The notes: generated by a model from the letters alone, not told the origin. A stretch of DNA of 64,000 bases from Chitinophagaceae bacterium (GCA_947459295.1 CANHCY010000007.1:4357-68356); one strand, 5' to 3'. Shown: positions 10,873 to 20,791, numbered from the stretch's first letter. Made by a program: numbers and translations.

Positions 10873-11375
10873 ATGGTTGGTTCTTGACCTGATGGCGGTG
10901 GTGTTCCTCCCTTTTTGTTTTTACCACCCTTTTTGCCACCCTTATTATTATTTTGAGGCCCTTGATCACCTCTTCTATGCTGAAGCTCATCTTTGATCAT
11001 ACTCATAAATGCACGGTCTGCGCCCATTGCTTTGTTTACACGATCATCAGAACCCAATGCTTTTTTAAAGTCGTTTTTATACTTCTTTCTGATGTTAAGC
11101 GCCGCTTCTTCAAAAGCTAAAACGTCATCTTTTTTTTCTTGCCGTGCTTTTTTTAATTCTTCAAAACAAGCATTGTAGGCAGGCCAAAATTTTTGTGCTT
11201 CTTCTACATTTAAATTCAAATGCTTGGTTATAAAAGCCACTTTTAAAGCTTCTACATTTTCTTTGCTAGGTCTTGGACCTTTACCGCGAGGACCCATCGG
11301 TCTTTCTGGGGGCTGTGCCAAAGTTATGGCTACAACAAAGAAAGAAAATAAGAAAGATAAAACGATCTTTTTCAT
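10869..11375 (-). CDS. Secreted helical Spy/CpxP-like protein of the Bacteroidota ECF cluster
   Basis: Signal peptide, KVAFITKHLNLNVEEAQKFWPAYN motif, low-complexity tails; third gene of the ECF operon. Confidence 0.65.
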   Translation of the reverse strand: MKKIVLSFLFSFFVVAITLAQPPERPMGPRGKGPRPSKENVEALKVAFITKHLNLNVEEAQKFWPAYNACFEELKKARQEKKDDVLAFEEAALNIRKKYKNDFKKALGSDDRVNKAMGADRAFMSMIKDELQHRRGDQGPQNNNKGGKKGGKNKKGGTPPPSGQEPTI

Positions 11376-11397
11376 AATTACTATTTTAAATTTTTAA

Positions 11398-11943
11398 TTA
11401 ATTGCTTGACTCGATATATTCTAAAAGTGCTTGATCAGAACTTTTTTCAATTAATGAGGCGCTCGTTTCTACATCATATTCCGGAATAGAAATATCAGGT
11501 GTTGTGATGAGTGTTTCGTGTGCATCTATGTATGACAAAAGTGTAGAGTCACTCATTGATTGCATTAATTGGTTGTGATCCATTGTGCTATAAGCCGAGT
11601 AATCAAATTTCTCAACTTTGCTATTGTATAAAAAAGTGCTAATCGCCATAACACCAATAAACAAAGCAGCTACAGCCCATTTTGCAAAACGAAATACAGG
11701 CAACGCTTTTTGTGGTACTGCTATAGGCTGCTGATATACATTTGTTTTTGGAATGGTATTTAAAAGTGGCGCGACAGACTCTAACTCCGCATAAACCGCT
11801 TCTTTTTCGATACTTGCTCTAACAATACCATGCAGCTCCTCAAAATACTGAGCAGGAACTTGATAAGGCATTGTAGCATGTAATGTTTGCCAAAATGGAC
11901 TTATCGTTTCTAATTCGTTTTGTATGTCAGTGTTTTGATGCAT
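11398..11943 (-). CDS. Putative single-TM anti-sigma factor
   Basis: PYQVPAQYFE N-terminal motif, one TM (WAVAALFIGVMAISTFLY), immediately downstream of the ECF sigma gene. Confidence 0.65.
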   Translation of the reverse strand: MHQNTDIQNELETISPFWQTLHATMPYQVPAQYFEELHGIVRASIEKEAVYAELESVAPLLNTIPKTNVYQQPIAVPQKALPVFRFAKWAVAALFIGVMAISTFLYNSKVEKFDYSAYSTMDHNQLMQSMSDSTLLSYIDAHETLITTPDISIPEYDVETSASLIEKSSDQALLEYIESSN

Positions 11944-11953
11944 GGATAAATAA

Positions 11954-11980
11954 TAGACTTTCGCTTTTGAAAAGGGTTTA
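11954..11980 (-). promoter_or_regulatory. Putative ECF-dependent promoter for the anti-sigma/Spy genes
   Basis: TAAAC-CCTTTTCAAAAGCGAAA(17)-GTCTA on the minus strand, overlapping the sigma stop codon. Confidence 0.6.
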
Positions 11981-12526
11981 ATTATTTTTTATAATTTCTT
12001 CTATTTTTTTTGCAGCTACATGATAACTCGCTTTTAAAGCACCTTCCGATGTTTCTAACAACTCACTCATTTGATGATATGGCATTTCATCATAGTAGCG
12101 TAAATTAAAAACCAGTTGCTGTTTTTCAGGAAGACTCTTGATAGCCAACTGTAATTTCCAAATGAGTTGATTCTCATTAAAACTGCTATCTGCTTTTATT
12201 TTATCTTGAAATCCATCACCCTGATCTAATGAAACAGTGGCTCTCTTTTTTTGCTTTTCAATAAATGTGAGGGTTTCATTGGTGGCAATCCGGTACATCC
12301 AAGTAAATAATTTACTGTCCTCTCTAAAATTTTCTAGCCCGTTCCAGATTTTTATAAGTACCTGCTGTAACACATCATTGGTATCCTCATGGTCTATAAG
12401 CATGCGTCTGATATGCCAATAAAGCTTCTCTTGGTACTTTTTTACAATACCTGTATACCCCTTTTCCCTAGTAGAAGGATGCTGAAACTGGGCGAGTAAA
12501 CTTGTATCATCGAGGTGTAATGCCAT
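11978..12526 (-). CDS. ECF-type RNA polymerase sigma-70 factor
   Basis: Region 2 (DTNDVLQQVLIKIW...FTWMYRIATNE) and region 4 (LPEKQQLVFNLRYY...SEGALKASYH). Confidence 0.93.
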   Translation of the reverse strand: MALHLDDTSLLAQFQHPSTREKGYTGIVKKYQEKLYWHIRRMLIDHEDTNDVLQQVLIKIWNGLENFREDSKLFTWMYRIATNETLTFIEKQKKRATVSLDQGDGFQDKIKADSSFNENQLIWKLQLAIKSLPEKQQLVFNLRYYDEMPYHQMSELLETSEGALKASYHVAAKKIEEIIKNN

Positions 12527-12544
12527 AATATAAAGGTAAATACT

Positions 12545-12571
12545 TGGACTTCCGTATTGGACAAAAGTTTA
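12545..12571 (-). promoter_or_regulatory. Putative autoregulatory ECF promoter of the sigma gene
   Basis: TAAAC-TTTTGTCCAATACGGAA(17)-GTCCA on the minus strand; a housekeeping-type -7 variant TACCTTTA also lies at 12531-12538. Confidence 0.6.
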
Positions 12572-12581
12572 ATGCCCCATT

Positions 12582-13178
12582 CTACCTATCGTCTTTCCAG
12601 CGCCATAAATGAAGGCAAGCATAGGTCCGGTAAGGACTCCAGGCATTCGCCCTTTCAAGCATATCTGTTTTCAACTGCTTTTTGCTGGTTGGGTCTAAAT
12701 GATACAATTTGACCATGGCCTGCTGAATACCTAAATCATCAACAGCGAAAACATCTTCTCGACCAAGAGAAAACATGAGAAGCATTTCTACCGTCCACTT
12801 GCCCACACCTTTAATTTGAGTTAGCAATTCAATGATTTCTTGGTTTGAAAGTCCCTGCAATTTTTTATCTGTGATTTTATGTTCGAGACAAAAATTTGCT
12901 ACTGCATAGATGTAATTGATTTTTGCATAACTGATACCAATGCCCCTAAGGGTCTCTACTGGAGTATCCAACACTTTTAGTAGGGTAGGCTTTTTAGCCG
13001 GATACAAGGCTACAAAACGATCAAAAATAATAGCTGCCACTTTTGTACTCAATTGCTGACTAATAATACTCCCCATTAGCCTTAATGGAATATTCTTTTG
13101 AAGCGAGAGCGTATGGTTATCCTTTTTGAGAATGGTTGCTAAAACTTTGTCTTTGCTTAAGTGTTTTTTATAGCTCAT
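12582..13178 (-). CDS. DNA-3-methyladenine glycosylase II (AlkA/HhH-GPD family)
   Basis: SIISQQLS, helix-hairpin-helix LTQIKGVGKWTVEM, FAVDDLG, WSPYRTYA. Confidence 0.9.
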   Translation of the reverse strand: MSYKKHLSKDKVLATILKKDNHTLSLQKNIPLRLMGSIISQQLSTKVAAIIFDRFVALYPAKKPTLLKVLDTPVETLRGIGISYAKINYIYAVANFCLEHKITDKKLQGLSNQEIIELLTQIKGVGKWTVEMLLMFSLGREDVFAVDDLGIQQAMVKLYHLDPTSKKQLKTDMLERANAWSPYRTYACLHLWRWKDDR

Positions 13179-13253
13179 ATAAGCAAGTTACAACCCCTAA
13201 TTTATCTTTCAAAACCAATAAGAAGTAGTAGCTTAGTGAAAAATTAAAGCAAT

Positions 13254-13703
13254 ATGCTTCCCCGCTTTTTTACTTTGTTTTTACTTGTGGTAGTTTTTAC
13301 ATTTAAAACTTTTGGACAAGCTAAAACAGCTGCTAACCTATCTGATGAAACAGCCATTAGGGCTTTGCTTGCAGCGCAAACCAAGGCCTGGAACAACGGA
13401 GATTTAGTAAACTTTATGGAAGGTTATCTCCCTTCCGATTCCTTACTCTTTGTAGGCAAATCGGGCCCTACCTATGGATTTAACAACACACTCAACAATT
13501 ATAAAAAAAGTTACCCCGATACCGCATCAATGGGCAAGCTTACGTTTACATTACTTTCTTTATCGCCAATCCAAAAAAAGCATTACCGTGTTTTAGGAAA
13601 ATGGGAATTAAAAAGAAGCAAAGGAGATGTGAGCGGGTACTTTACATTATTACTTGAAAAAATAAAAGGCAAATGGTTTGTAATACAAGACCATAGCAGT
13701 TAA
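13254..13703 (+). CDS. Secreted NTF2-like (DUF4440/SnoaL-like) protein
   Basis: Signal peptide; AWNNGDLVNFMEGY...MGKLTF...GYFTLL...W.VIQDHSS pattern. Confidence 0.8.
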   Translation: MLPRFFTLFLLVVVFTFKTFGQAKTAANLSDETAIRALLAAQTKAWNNGDLVNFMEGYLPSDSLLFVGKSGPTYGFNNTLNNYKKSYPDTASMGKLTFTLLSLSPIQKKHYRVLGKWELKRSKGDVSGYFTLLLEKIKGKWFVIQDHSS

Positions 13704-13723
13704 ATAAAAAATAAAATTACACT

Positions 13724-14632
13724 ATGGCAATTATTATTATAGGCATCATCATACTTGTAGCAGGTATGTTAATCCTAAAACAAAAAGAAGAATTCAATAA
13801 ACTAGGCAAGGGCATTAGAGCTTTTGGTGTTGTACTAATTATTATTGGCGCACTTAATGCTTGTGTCAAACAAATAGATGCTGGACAAATTGGTGTTACA
13901 AGTTTATTTGGTAAAATCTCCAACGAAGTACTTACCAGTGGATTAAGTTTTGTGAACCCACTCGTAAACGTATATAATGTAGATATTAAAACACTGAATT
14001 ATACCATGAGTGGCGTTCATAACGAAGGTGAAAAAGAAGGGGATGATGCCATTCGAGTTCTTACCGCCGACGGTCTAGAAGTAACAATCGACTTAACCGT
14101 TTTATACCGCGTTGTGGGCACAGAAGCACCTAGGTTAATTAAAGAAACAGGTCTCGATTATAAAGACAAAATTGTAAGACCCCTTACTAGAACAAAAATT
14201 AGGGATAACGCTGTATACTTTACTGCCATTGACTTATACTCTACCAAGCGGGATCAATTTCAGAATAGAATATTTAGTAGTATCGAGGCGGATTTCAAAA
14301 AAAGAGGTTTGATATTAGAGCAATTATTACTCAGAAATATCACACTACCTAACAACGTTAAAACTTCGATTGAGGAAAAAATTAAAGCAGAACAAGATGC
14401 ACAAAAAATGGAGTTCGTACTTCAAAAAGAAAAACAAGAAGCGGAGCGTAAGCGTGTAGAAGCACAAGGTATTGCAGACTACCAACGCATTATTAGTACC
14501 GGACTCAACGATAAGCAATTACAATACGAACAAATTCAAATGATGAAAGGATTAATCACTTCTCCTAATTCAAAAGTCATTGTAATGGGCAAAGGAAATA
14601 CACCCGTAATTTTGGATAGCAAGGATAAATAA
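13724..14632 (+). CDS. SPFH/prohibitin (band 7) family membrane protein
   Basis: Two N-terminal TMs, LTADGLEVTIDLTVLYR, C-terminal coiled coil KEKQEAERKRVEAQGIA. Confidence 0.9.
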   Translation: MAIIIIGIIILVAGMLILKQKEEFNKLGKGIRAFGVVLIIIGALNACVKQIDAGQIGVTSLFGKISNEVLTSGLSFVNPLVNVYNVDIKTLNYTMSGVHNEGEKEGDDAIRVLTADGLEVTIDLTVLYRVVGTEAPRLIKETGLDYKDKIVRPLTRTKIRDNAVYFTAIDLYSTKRDQFQNRIFSSIEADFKKRGLILEQLLLRNITLPNNVKTSIEEKIKAEQDAQKMEFVLQKEKQEAERKRVEAQGIADYQRIISTGLNDKQLQYEQIQMMKGLITSPNSKVIVMGKGNTPVILDSKDK

Positions 14633-14866
14633 CTACTCTTCGTTGTAATCGATAGGGTCTTTCCATTTATTGTACAAGTACCAGAAAAGCAATCCAGTGC
14701 TGGCTATTAGCCAAGTATAAAAAAATAAATTGGTTGTTGTAAAGCTACTTTCCCAATAAGCAGCGCCATACATGATGCCAGCGCATGAATTAACGGCCAT
14801 CCACAACAAAAACATGGAAATGGTATTGACAATGCGGATTAAATATTTGCGTACACCTGGTTCCAT
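14633..14866 (-). CDS. Small two-TM hypothetical membrane protein
   Basis: 77-aa ORF with ATG, two hydrophobic segments, 4 bp downstream of the M23 gene on the same strand. Confidence 0.7.
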   Translation of the reverse strand: MEPGVRKYLIRIVNTISMFLLWMAVNSCAGIMYGAAYWESSFTTTNLFFYTWLIASTGLLFWYLYNKWKDPIDYNEE

Positions 14867-14870
14867 ACAA

Positions 14871-15842
14871 TTAATCTAAACTTTGGTTATTGGCGGCAGC
14901 CATTTTTAAGAGCCTGTCAAATTGTGCAGGCGTTAAATCATTGTAAAAGAAGTTAATAGGATCTACTTGCACACCAGACTTATGTACTTCATAATGTAAA
15001 TGTGGACCCGTACTTTTTCCAGTACTTCCTACGTATCCAATAACTTGGCCTCTTTTTACTTGCTGTCCTTGTGCTGCGCTAACCCGTACCATATGCCCAT
15101 ATAAAGTTTCATAACCAAAGCCATGATTAATTATCACATGGTTGCCATATCCATTTGTAGAAAATCCAGCGAATTTAATAATACCATCTGCGGTTGCATA
15201 AATTGGTGTTCCACTTGGAGAAGCAAAATCGAGACCTAAATGGGCCTTTCTAGTTTTATAAATAGGGTCGATCCGATAACCAAAGCCAGACGCAATACGA
15301 GACAATTGCTTATTATTTATGGGCTGAATCGCAGGAATAGCTGCAAGTAATTTGGTCTTATTATTAACCATATCAATGAGGTCATTGAAAGATTTGTTTT
15401 GATACGCCATTCGAAGGGACATATTATTTAGTTGGTCAACAATAGCATGCACTAGCTCAGATGAGCCCATTCGCTGAACGAGTTGAACTTCTTTTTTCTG
15501 TTCCATATCCTTAATGCGCGCACTATCTGCAACAGGATCTGCTTCAAAAATAGAACGGTAAACGGTATTGTCCCGATTGGTGATTTCGCCCATTTTCAAT
15601 TCGAGTTGCTTGAGGCGCTCTTCAATAACAGCGTAACCCTCTTTAAGGTCGTCGTTTTGCTGACGTAGCATCTTTTCTTTTGGCGAATCAATGTATTGAA
15701 AAGCAATGGCAAAAATAACAATCCCTGTAACCATAGATGCCGCTATAAAGCCAAATACTTGTAGAAGCCTAACTCGAAGTGGCTTCTCCAGCTTTTCAAA
15801 CCGGAGGGTATGGGTATTATAGTAATATTTTATTTTGCGCAT
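14871..15842 (-). CDS. M23 family metallopeptidase (peptidoglycan endopeptidase)
   Basis: TM + coiled coil, IPAIQP, HLGLDF (HxxxD), GYGNHV, STGPHLHYEV (HxH). Confidence 0.92.
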   Translation of the reverse strand: MRKIKYYYNTHTLRFEKLEKPLRVRLLQVFGFIAASMVTGIVIFAIAFQYIDSPKEKMLRQQNDDLKEGYAVIEERLKQLELKMGEITNRDNTVYRSIFEADPVADSARIKDMEQKKEVQLVQRMGSSELVHAIVDQLNNMSLRMAYQNKSFNDLIDMVNNKTKLLAAIPAIQPINNKQLSRIASGFGYRIDPIYKTRKAHLGLDFASPSGTPIYATADGIIKFAGFSTNGYGNHVIINHGFGYETLYGHMVRVSAAQGQQVKRGQVIGYVGSTGKSTGPHLHYEVHKSGVQVDPINFFYNDLTPAQFDRLLKMAAANNQSLD

Positions 15843-15879
15843 AGGGGCGTTGGTATCAATAGCTAAAGGCTCAATTCCT

Positions 15880-15887
15880 TACCTTTG
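15880..15887 (+). promoter_or_regulatory. Bacteroidota housekeeping -7 promoter element for alaS
   Basis: TACCTTTG, exact match to TAnnTTTG. Confidence 0.55.
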
Positions 15888-15906
15888 AGGCTATAAAAAT
15901 ATAGAA

Positions 15907-15914
15907 CAAAGATA
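15907..15914 (-). promoter_or_regulatory. Bacteroidota housekeeping -7 promoter element for the M23 gene
   Basis: TATCTTTG on the minus strand, exact match to TAnnTTTG. Confidence 0.55.
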
Positions 15915-15959
15915 GTAGCCTATCCATTAAAATTAGCATATTTAAATTTGTACCCTTTT

Positions 15960-18581
15960 ATGATGACGAGTGCCGAGATAAGAAAAGAATTTCTAGCCTT
16001 TTTTGCTTCGAAAAAACACCATATTGTTCCTTCTGCCCCTATTGTGGTAAAAAATGACCCTACACTTCTTTTTACCAATGCTGGCATGAACCAGTTTAAA
16101 GACTATTTTCTAGGAAATAAAAAGCCTGAACACAAACGTATTGTAGATACCCAAAAATGTCTCCGCGTAAGTGGCAAACACAATGATCTCGAAGAAGTGG
16201 GTGTAGATACCTACCACCATACCATGTTTGAAATGTTAGGTAACTGGAGCTTTGGAGATTATTTTAAAGATGAAGCTATTGCATGGAGTTGGGAATTACT
16301 CACCGACGTATATAAAATTGATAAAGACCGTTTATATGTTTCTGTTTTTAAAGGTGACGAATCAGAAGGTATACCAATGTCTACCATTGCATTTGAAGCA
16401 TGGAAAAAATTAGTGCCTGAAGACAAAATTATTTTTGGAAATAAAAAAGATAATTTCTGGGAGATGGGCGAAACGGGCCCTTGCGGTCCATGTTCTGAAA
16501 TTCATGTAGACTGTAGATCCGATGAAGAAAGAAAATTAATTCCTGGTAGAGATCTCGTTAATAATGACCATCCGCAAGTAATTGAAATTTGGAACAATGT
16601 ATTCATGCAATACAACCGTTTAAAAGACGGAACCCTCGAGCCACTTCCTGCAAAACACGTTGATACGGGTATGGGATTTGAACGTTTGGTGCGCGTGCTA
16701 CAGGGCAAGCAAAGTAATTATGACACCGATGTATTTAGCGGTACAATTAATGCTGTAGCTTCTATCACCGGAAAAACATATGACAGATCTGATAGTAAAG
16801 AAGCCGTTGCGTTTAGGGTATTAGCGGATCATATTAGAGCCATTTCATTTACGATTGCTGATGGTCAACTACCTTCTAATACGGGTGCTGGCTATGTGAT
16901 TAGACGTATTTTACGCAGAGCTGTTCGTTATTATTATACTTACCTCGATTACAAACAACCTCTACTTTTTCAACTCGTCCCAATACTTGCTACTCAGTTC
17001 GCAGAAGTGTTTCCTGAATTACACGCACAAGAAGCTTTTGTAACCAAAGTGGTGAAAGAAGAAGAAGATTCTTTTTTAAGAACCCTTGATAAAGGACTTA
17101 AAAGAATGGATGAATTAATGAAAGCTTCTAATCGTAAAACCATTGAAGGCAAATCCGCTTTTGAACTTTTTGACACCTACGGCTTTCCAATAGACCTTAC
17201 TAGACTTATCGCACAAGAAAATGATTTAGCAGTAGACGAAGATGGATTTGAAGCAGAAATGCAGCAGCAAAAAAATAGAAGTAGAGCTGCCACTGCCATT
17301 GATGCTGCTGATTGGATTGTTGTTAATGAAAGTAATTCCCAAACATTTACTGGCTATACAAGCACCAAAGAAACAACCAAGGTTTTAAAATATAGAAAAG
17401 TAACTGCTAAAGGAACGACAGGATTTCAACTTGTTTTAGAAACCACCCCTTTTTATGCCGAAAGTGGCGGACAGGTTGGTGATACAGGTGTGCTTGCATT
17501 TAATGATGCAAGCGTTGAAGTGATTGATACTAAAAAAGAGAATAACCTAATTATTCATTTCACCTCAGAAATTCCTGCTAGTTTAGAGGGATCTGTGGTA
17601 GCAACAGTAAATATCAATAACCGAAAAAATATTTCGGCACACCATAGTGCTACGCACCTTTTACACGCTGCTTTAAGACAAGTACTCGGTCATCATGTGG
17701 CCCAAAAAGGTAGTCTCGTAAATGCGGCGCAACTTCGTTTTGACTTTTCACATTTTGCAAAAGTGAGTGACGATGAAATGAAGCAAATAGAAAATATTGT
17801 CAACGAAAAAATTAGAGAAAATATTCCTGTGGTCATTAAAGAAATGACAAAAGATGAAGCAGTGGCTATGGGCGCCATGGCATTATTTGGAGAAAAATAT
17901 GGCGATACAGTGCGGGTGGTAATGATGGACCCCAATTACTCTATTGAACTATGTGGCGGCACACATATTGGCGGAACAGGCGAGTTAGGGCTATTTAAAT
18001 TAAAACATGAATCTGCAGTAGCAGCGGGTGTTAGACGTATTGAAGCTATATGTGGCGAAGGTGCTAACACACAAGTAAATGACGCATTAGCAGAACTTGA
18101 AACGATTAAAGAACTTGTAAAAAATACCAAAGAGCCTGTAAAAGCGGTACAACAAATTGTTGCTGATTTGCAGTCATTAAAAAAGCGCATTGAATCTTAT
18201 GAAGCATTAGCTCTTGTAGGTATCAAAAAAGAATTGGAATCTAAAGTGGCGCTTATTGGTGATACACATTTTATTGGCGCTGTTGTAACAGTTAGTAACC
18301 CAGATGGCCTTAAAAAATTATGTACAGAGTTACAAGGAAATTATACAAATTTACTAGTAGTGCTCGCTGCTAATATTGAGGGTAAGGCATCTGTTGCAGT
18401 GTTAGTTGATGACACCCTACAAACCAGTAAAGGGCTAGAAGCGCAAAAGATTATTAAAGACCAAATTGCACCCCTTATTAAAGGTGGTGGTGGTGGCCAA
18501 AAAGGCCTAGCAACCGCTGGTGGGCAGGATTCTAGCAATTTGACACAGGTAATTGAAAATGTAAAGAATTTGTTAAAGTAA
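15960..18581 (+). CDS. alaS: Alanine--tRNA ligase
   Basis: DPTLLFTNAGMNQFK, HHTMFEMLGNWSFGDYFK, DTGMGFER, editing motifs HSATH and ELCGGTH, C-terminal GGGGG. Confidence 0.98.
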   Translation: MMTSAEIRKEFLAFFASKKHHIVPSAPIVVKNDPTLLFTNAGMNQFKDYFLGNKKPEHKRIVDTQKCLRVSGKHNDLEEVGVDTYHHTMFEMLGNWSFGDYFKDEAIAWSWELLTDVYKIDKDRLYVSVFKGDESEGIPMSTIAFEAWKKLVPEDKIIFGNKKDNFWEMGETGPCGPCSEIHVDCRSDEERKLIPGRDLVNNDHPQVIEIWNNVFMQYNRLKDGTLEPLPAKHVDTGMGFERLVRVLQGKQSNYDTDVFSGTINAVASITGKTYDRSDSKEAVAFRVLADHIRAISFTIADGQLPSNTGAGYVIRRILRRAVRYYYTYLDYKQPLLFQLVPILATQFAEVFPELHAQEAFVTKVVKEEEDSFLRTLDKGLKRMDELMKASNRKTIEGKSAFELFDTYGFPIDLTRLIAQENDLAVDEDGFEAEMQQQKNRSRAATAIDAADWIVVNESNSQTFTGYTSTKETTKVLKYRKVTAKGTTGFQLVLETTPFYAESGGQVGDTGVLAFNDASVEVIDTKKENNLIIHFTSEIPASLEGSVVATVNINNRKNISAHHSATHLLHAALRQVLGHHVAQKGSLVNAAQLRFDFSHFAKVSDDEMKQIENIVNEKIRENIPVVIKEMTKDEAVAMGAMALFGEKYGDTVRVVMMDPNYSIELCGGTHIGGTGELGLFKLKHESAVAAGVRRIEAICGEGANTQVNDALAELETIKELVKNTKEPVKAVQQIVADLQSLKKRIESYEALALVGIKKELESKVALIGDTHFIGAVVTVSNPDGLKKLCTELQGNYTNLLVVLAANIEGKASVAVLVDDTLQTSKGLEAQKIIKDQIAPLIKGGGGGQKGLATAGGQDSSNLTQVIENVKNLLK

Positions 18582-18633
18582 CCCTAACTAGAGGGCAAAA
18601 AAATATCTTAGAAACAATTAAATAACCAAAGCT

Positions 18634-19293
18634 ATGATTAAAATTATTTCATTATTTACAGCAAGCTGCTTACTCGTAACAGTTGCTAGCGCACAAGAAG
18701 AAAAAAAAGTTGTCATTGTAAAAAAAATGGACACCACCATTGTTCATGGAAAGGCTGATGGCCCTCAAAAAATAACGGTGATTGTTGAAAATGGAAAAGT
18801 TACCATTAATGGTAAGCCCGTTGACGGGGTTAATTTACCAGAATTAATGGGTAGTGTGCCTGGTATTCCAAAAGTGATGATGTTCAAAACTGATGACATG
18901 AATGCACCACTTCCTAAATTAGATGGGAAAGTGGGCGAACTAAAAATCGTAAAAGGCATGCCACTTGATATGAGCAAAATGGGTGAGAATTTTGGTCAAT
19001 TTATGTTTGATGATGGTCCAAAAATGGGTATCAGTATAGAAGATGTTGCGGAAGGCACGGGTGCAAAAGTAGTAGATGTTACAGACGCTTCACCAGCAGC
19101 CAAAGCAGGCATTACAAAAAATGATGTGATTACAGCAGTTGACGGAGCAGCAATTAATGACGTAACTGCTTTGCAAGAAAAAGCTGCTAATTTAAAAGCA
19201 GGCGACACTATCACAATCAAATTAACACGCGACGGTAAGTCTAAAGAAGTGAGTGTTAAAATTCCAAAAAAAGTAAAGAAGGCTAATATATAA
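18634..19293 (+). CDS. Secreted stand-alone PDZ domain protein
   Basis: Signal peptide; C-terminal PDZ (MGISIED...SPAAKAGITKNDVITAVDG...LTRDGK); no protease domain. Confidence 0.8.
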   Translation: MIKIISLFTASCLLVTVASAQEEKKVVIVKKMDTTIVHGKADGPQKITVIVENGKVTINGKPVDGVNLPELMGSVPGIPKVMMFKTDDMNAPLPKLDGKVGELKIVKGMPLDMSKMGENFGQFMFDDGPKMGISIEDVAEGTGAKVVDVTDASPAAKAGITKNDVITAVDGAAINDVTALQEKAANLKAGDTITIKLTRDGKSKEVSVKIPKKVKKANI

Positions 19294-19342
19294 GCATCTT
19301 AAGTGTGCGATAACCCGGTAACTAATCTTATTTTTGTTTGAG

Positions 19343-20791
19343 ATGACCTCAAGCAATCAATACGAAGCAGTTATCGGGTTAGAAGTACACGCACAGCTAG
19401 CTACCAAAAGCAAGCTATTTTGCTCAGACGCCACAACTTTTGGCGCGGCCCCCAATACCCACATCAGCCCCATCACAATGGGCCATCCGGGTAGTCTTCC
19501 AAAAACCAATAAATTAGCTGTTGAGTATGCTATTAAAATGGGGCTTGCTTGTGGCTGTACCATTGTCAAGGAAAACTACTTTGCAAGAAAAAACTACTTC
19601 TACCCAGATCTTCCAAAAGGTTATCAGATTTCACAACATACCACACCTATTTGTGCTGGCGGCACCGTTCAAATTACGGTAGAAGGTAAAAAGCGTCATG
19701 TACAATTAAACAGAATCCATTTAGAGGAAGACGCTGGAAAAAGCATTCACGATATAGATCCTACACATACACTCATTGACTTAAATAGAGCGGGCACACC
19801 GCTCATCGAAATTGTTACAGAGCCTGATTTATTTAGTGCCGATGAAGCATTTGCGTATGTTACTGAAATTAGAAAACTAGTGCAGTGGCTAGGTGTTTGT
19901 GATGGAAATATGGAGGAAGGCTCATTAAGATGTGACGCCAATGTGTCGGTACGATTAAAAGGTGAAAAAAAATTAGGTACTAAAGTAGAAGTAAAAAACT
20001 TGAACTCAATTCGCAACGTAAAAAAAGCCATTGAGTTTGAAATATCAAGAATGATTGAAGTGCTTGAATCAGGTGGTACCATTACGCAGCAAACCAGAAG
20101 TTTTGATGCTTCCAACGATACTACATTTACCATGCGTGATAAAGAAGAAGCAAACGATTACCGCTATTTTCCTGATCCTGATTTAGCACCTCTTGTATTG
20201 AGTGATTCGTACATCCATGCAATAAAAATAGAGCTCCCTATTTTACCTGCTGCACTAGAAGAAAAATTAATGAAGCAGTATCAATTGAATGCTTATGATG
20301 CGGCTCAAATTTGCGAATCACTGCCTACGGCACAGTACTTTGAAGCCACGGCTGCACATACTAATCAATATAAATCAGTAGCCAATTGGATGCTAGGTCC
20401 CATTAAATCATACTTGAATGAAGTAGGCCTAAATTATAATCAGCTTGCGCTAGAACCCAATACACTGGCGGATCTTATTCAACTAATAGATGCTGGTCAA
20501 TTAAATTTTTCGGTGGCTGCGTCTAAAATTTTACCTCAACTAGTAGACGGTCAAAAAAGAGATGTTTTAGCGGTTGCCACTGAATTAAATGTGCTACAAG
20601 TAAATGACGCAGATATCTTAGAAGCTTGGGTAGACACTGCCATTGCGAGTATGCCAGACAAAGTAATTGAATACCAAAAAGGCAAAAAAGGACTTATCGG
20701 TTTGTTTATAGGTGCCATTAAAAAAATAAGTAAGGGTCAAGCAGATCCAAATAAAGTCAGCGATATGCTCTTAAAAAAATTAAATAAATAA
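19343..20791 (+). CDS. gatB: Asp-tRNA(Asn)/Glu-tRNA(Gln) amidotransferase subunit B
   Basis: VIGLEVHAQL, RKNYFYPDLPKGYQISQ, HLEEDAGK, GNMEEGSLRCDANVS, DYRYFPDPDL. Confidence 0.97.
   Translation: MTSSNQYEAVIGLEVHAQLATKSKLFCSDATTFGAAPNTHISPITMGHPGSLPKTNKLAVEYAIKMGLACGCTIVKENYFARKNYFYPDLPKGYQISQHTTPICAGGTVQITVEGKKRHVQLNRIHLEEDAGKSIHDIDPTHTLIDLNRAGTPLIEIVTEPDLFSADEAFAYVTEIRKLVQWLGVCDGNMEEGSLRCDANVSVRLKGEKKLGTKVEVKNLNSIRNVKKAIEFEISRMIEVLESGGTITQQTRSFDASNDTTFTMRDKEEANDYRYFPDPDLAPLVLSDSYIHAIKIELPILPAALEEKLMKQYQLNAYDAAQICESLPTAQYFEATAAHTNQYKSVANWMLGPIKSYLNEVGLNYNQLALEPNTLADLIQLIDAGQLNFSVAASKILPQLVDGQKRDVLAVATELNVLQVNDADILEAWVDTAIASMPDKVIEYQKGKKGLIGLFIGAIKKISKGQADPNKVSDMLLKKLNK

Noticed and set aside
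18585-18610. TAAC-N16-ATCTT upstream of the PDZ gene as a fourth ECF promoter
   Set aside because: Mismatches in both elements and in the spacer; too weak to count.
19343-20791. gatB without adjacent gatA/gatC
   Set aside because: gat genes can be dispersed; absence from a 64-kb window says nothing.
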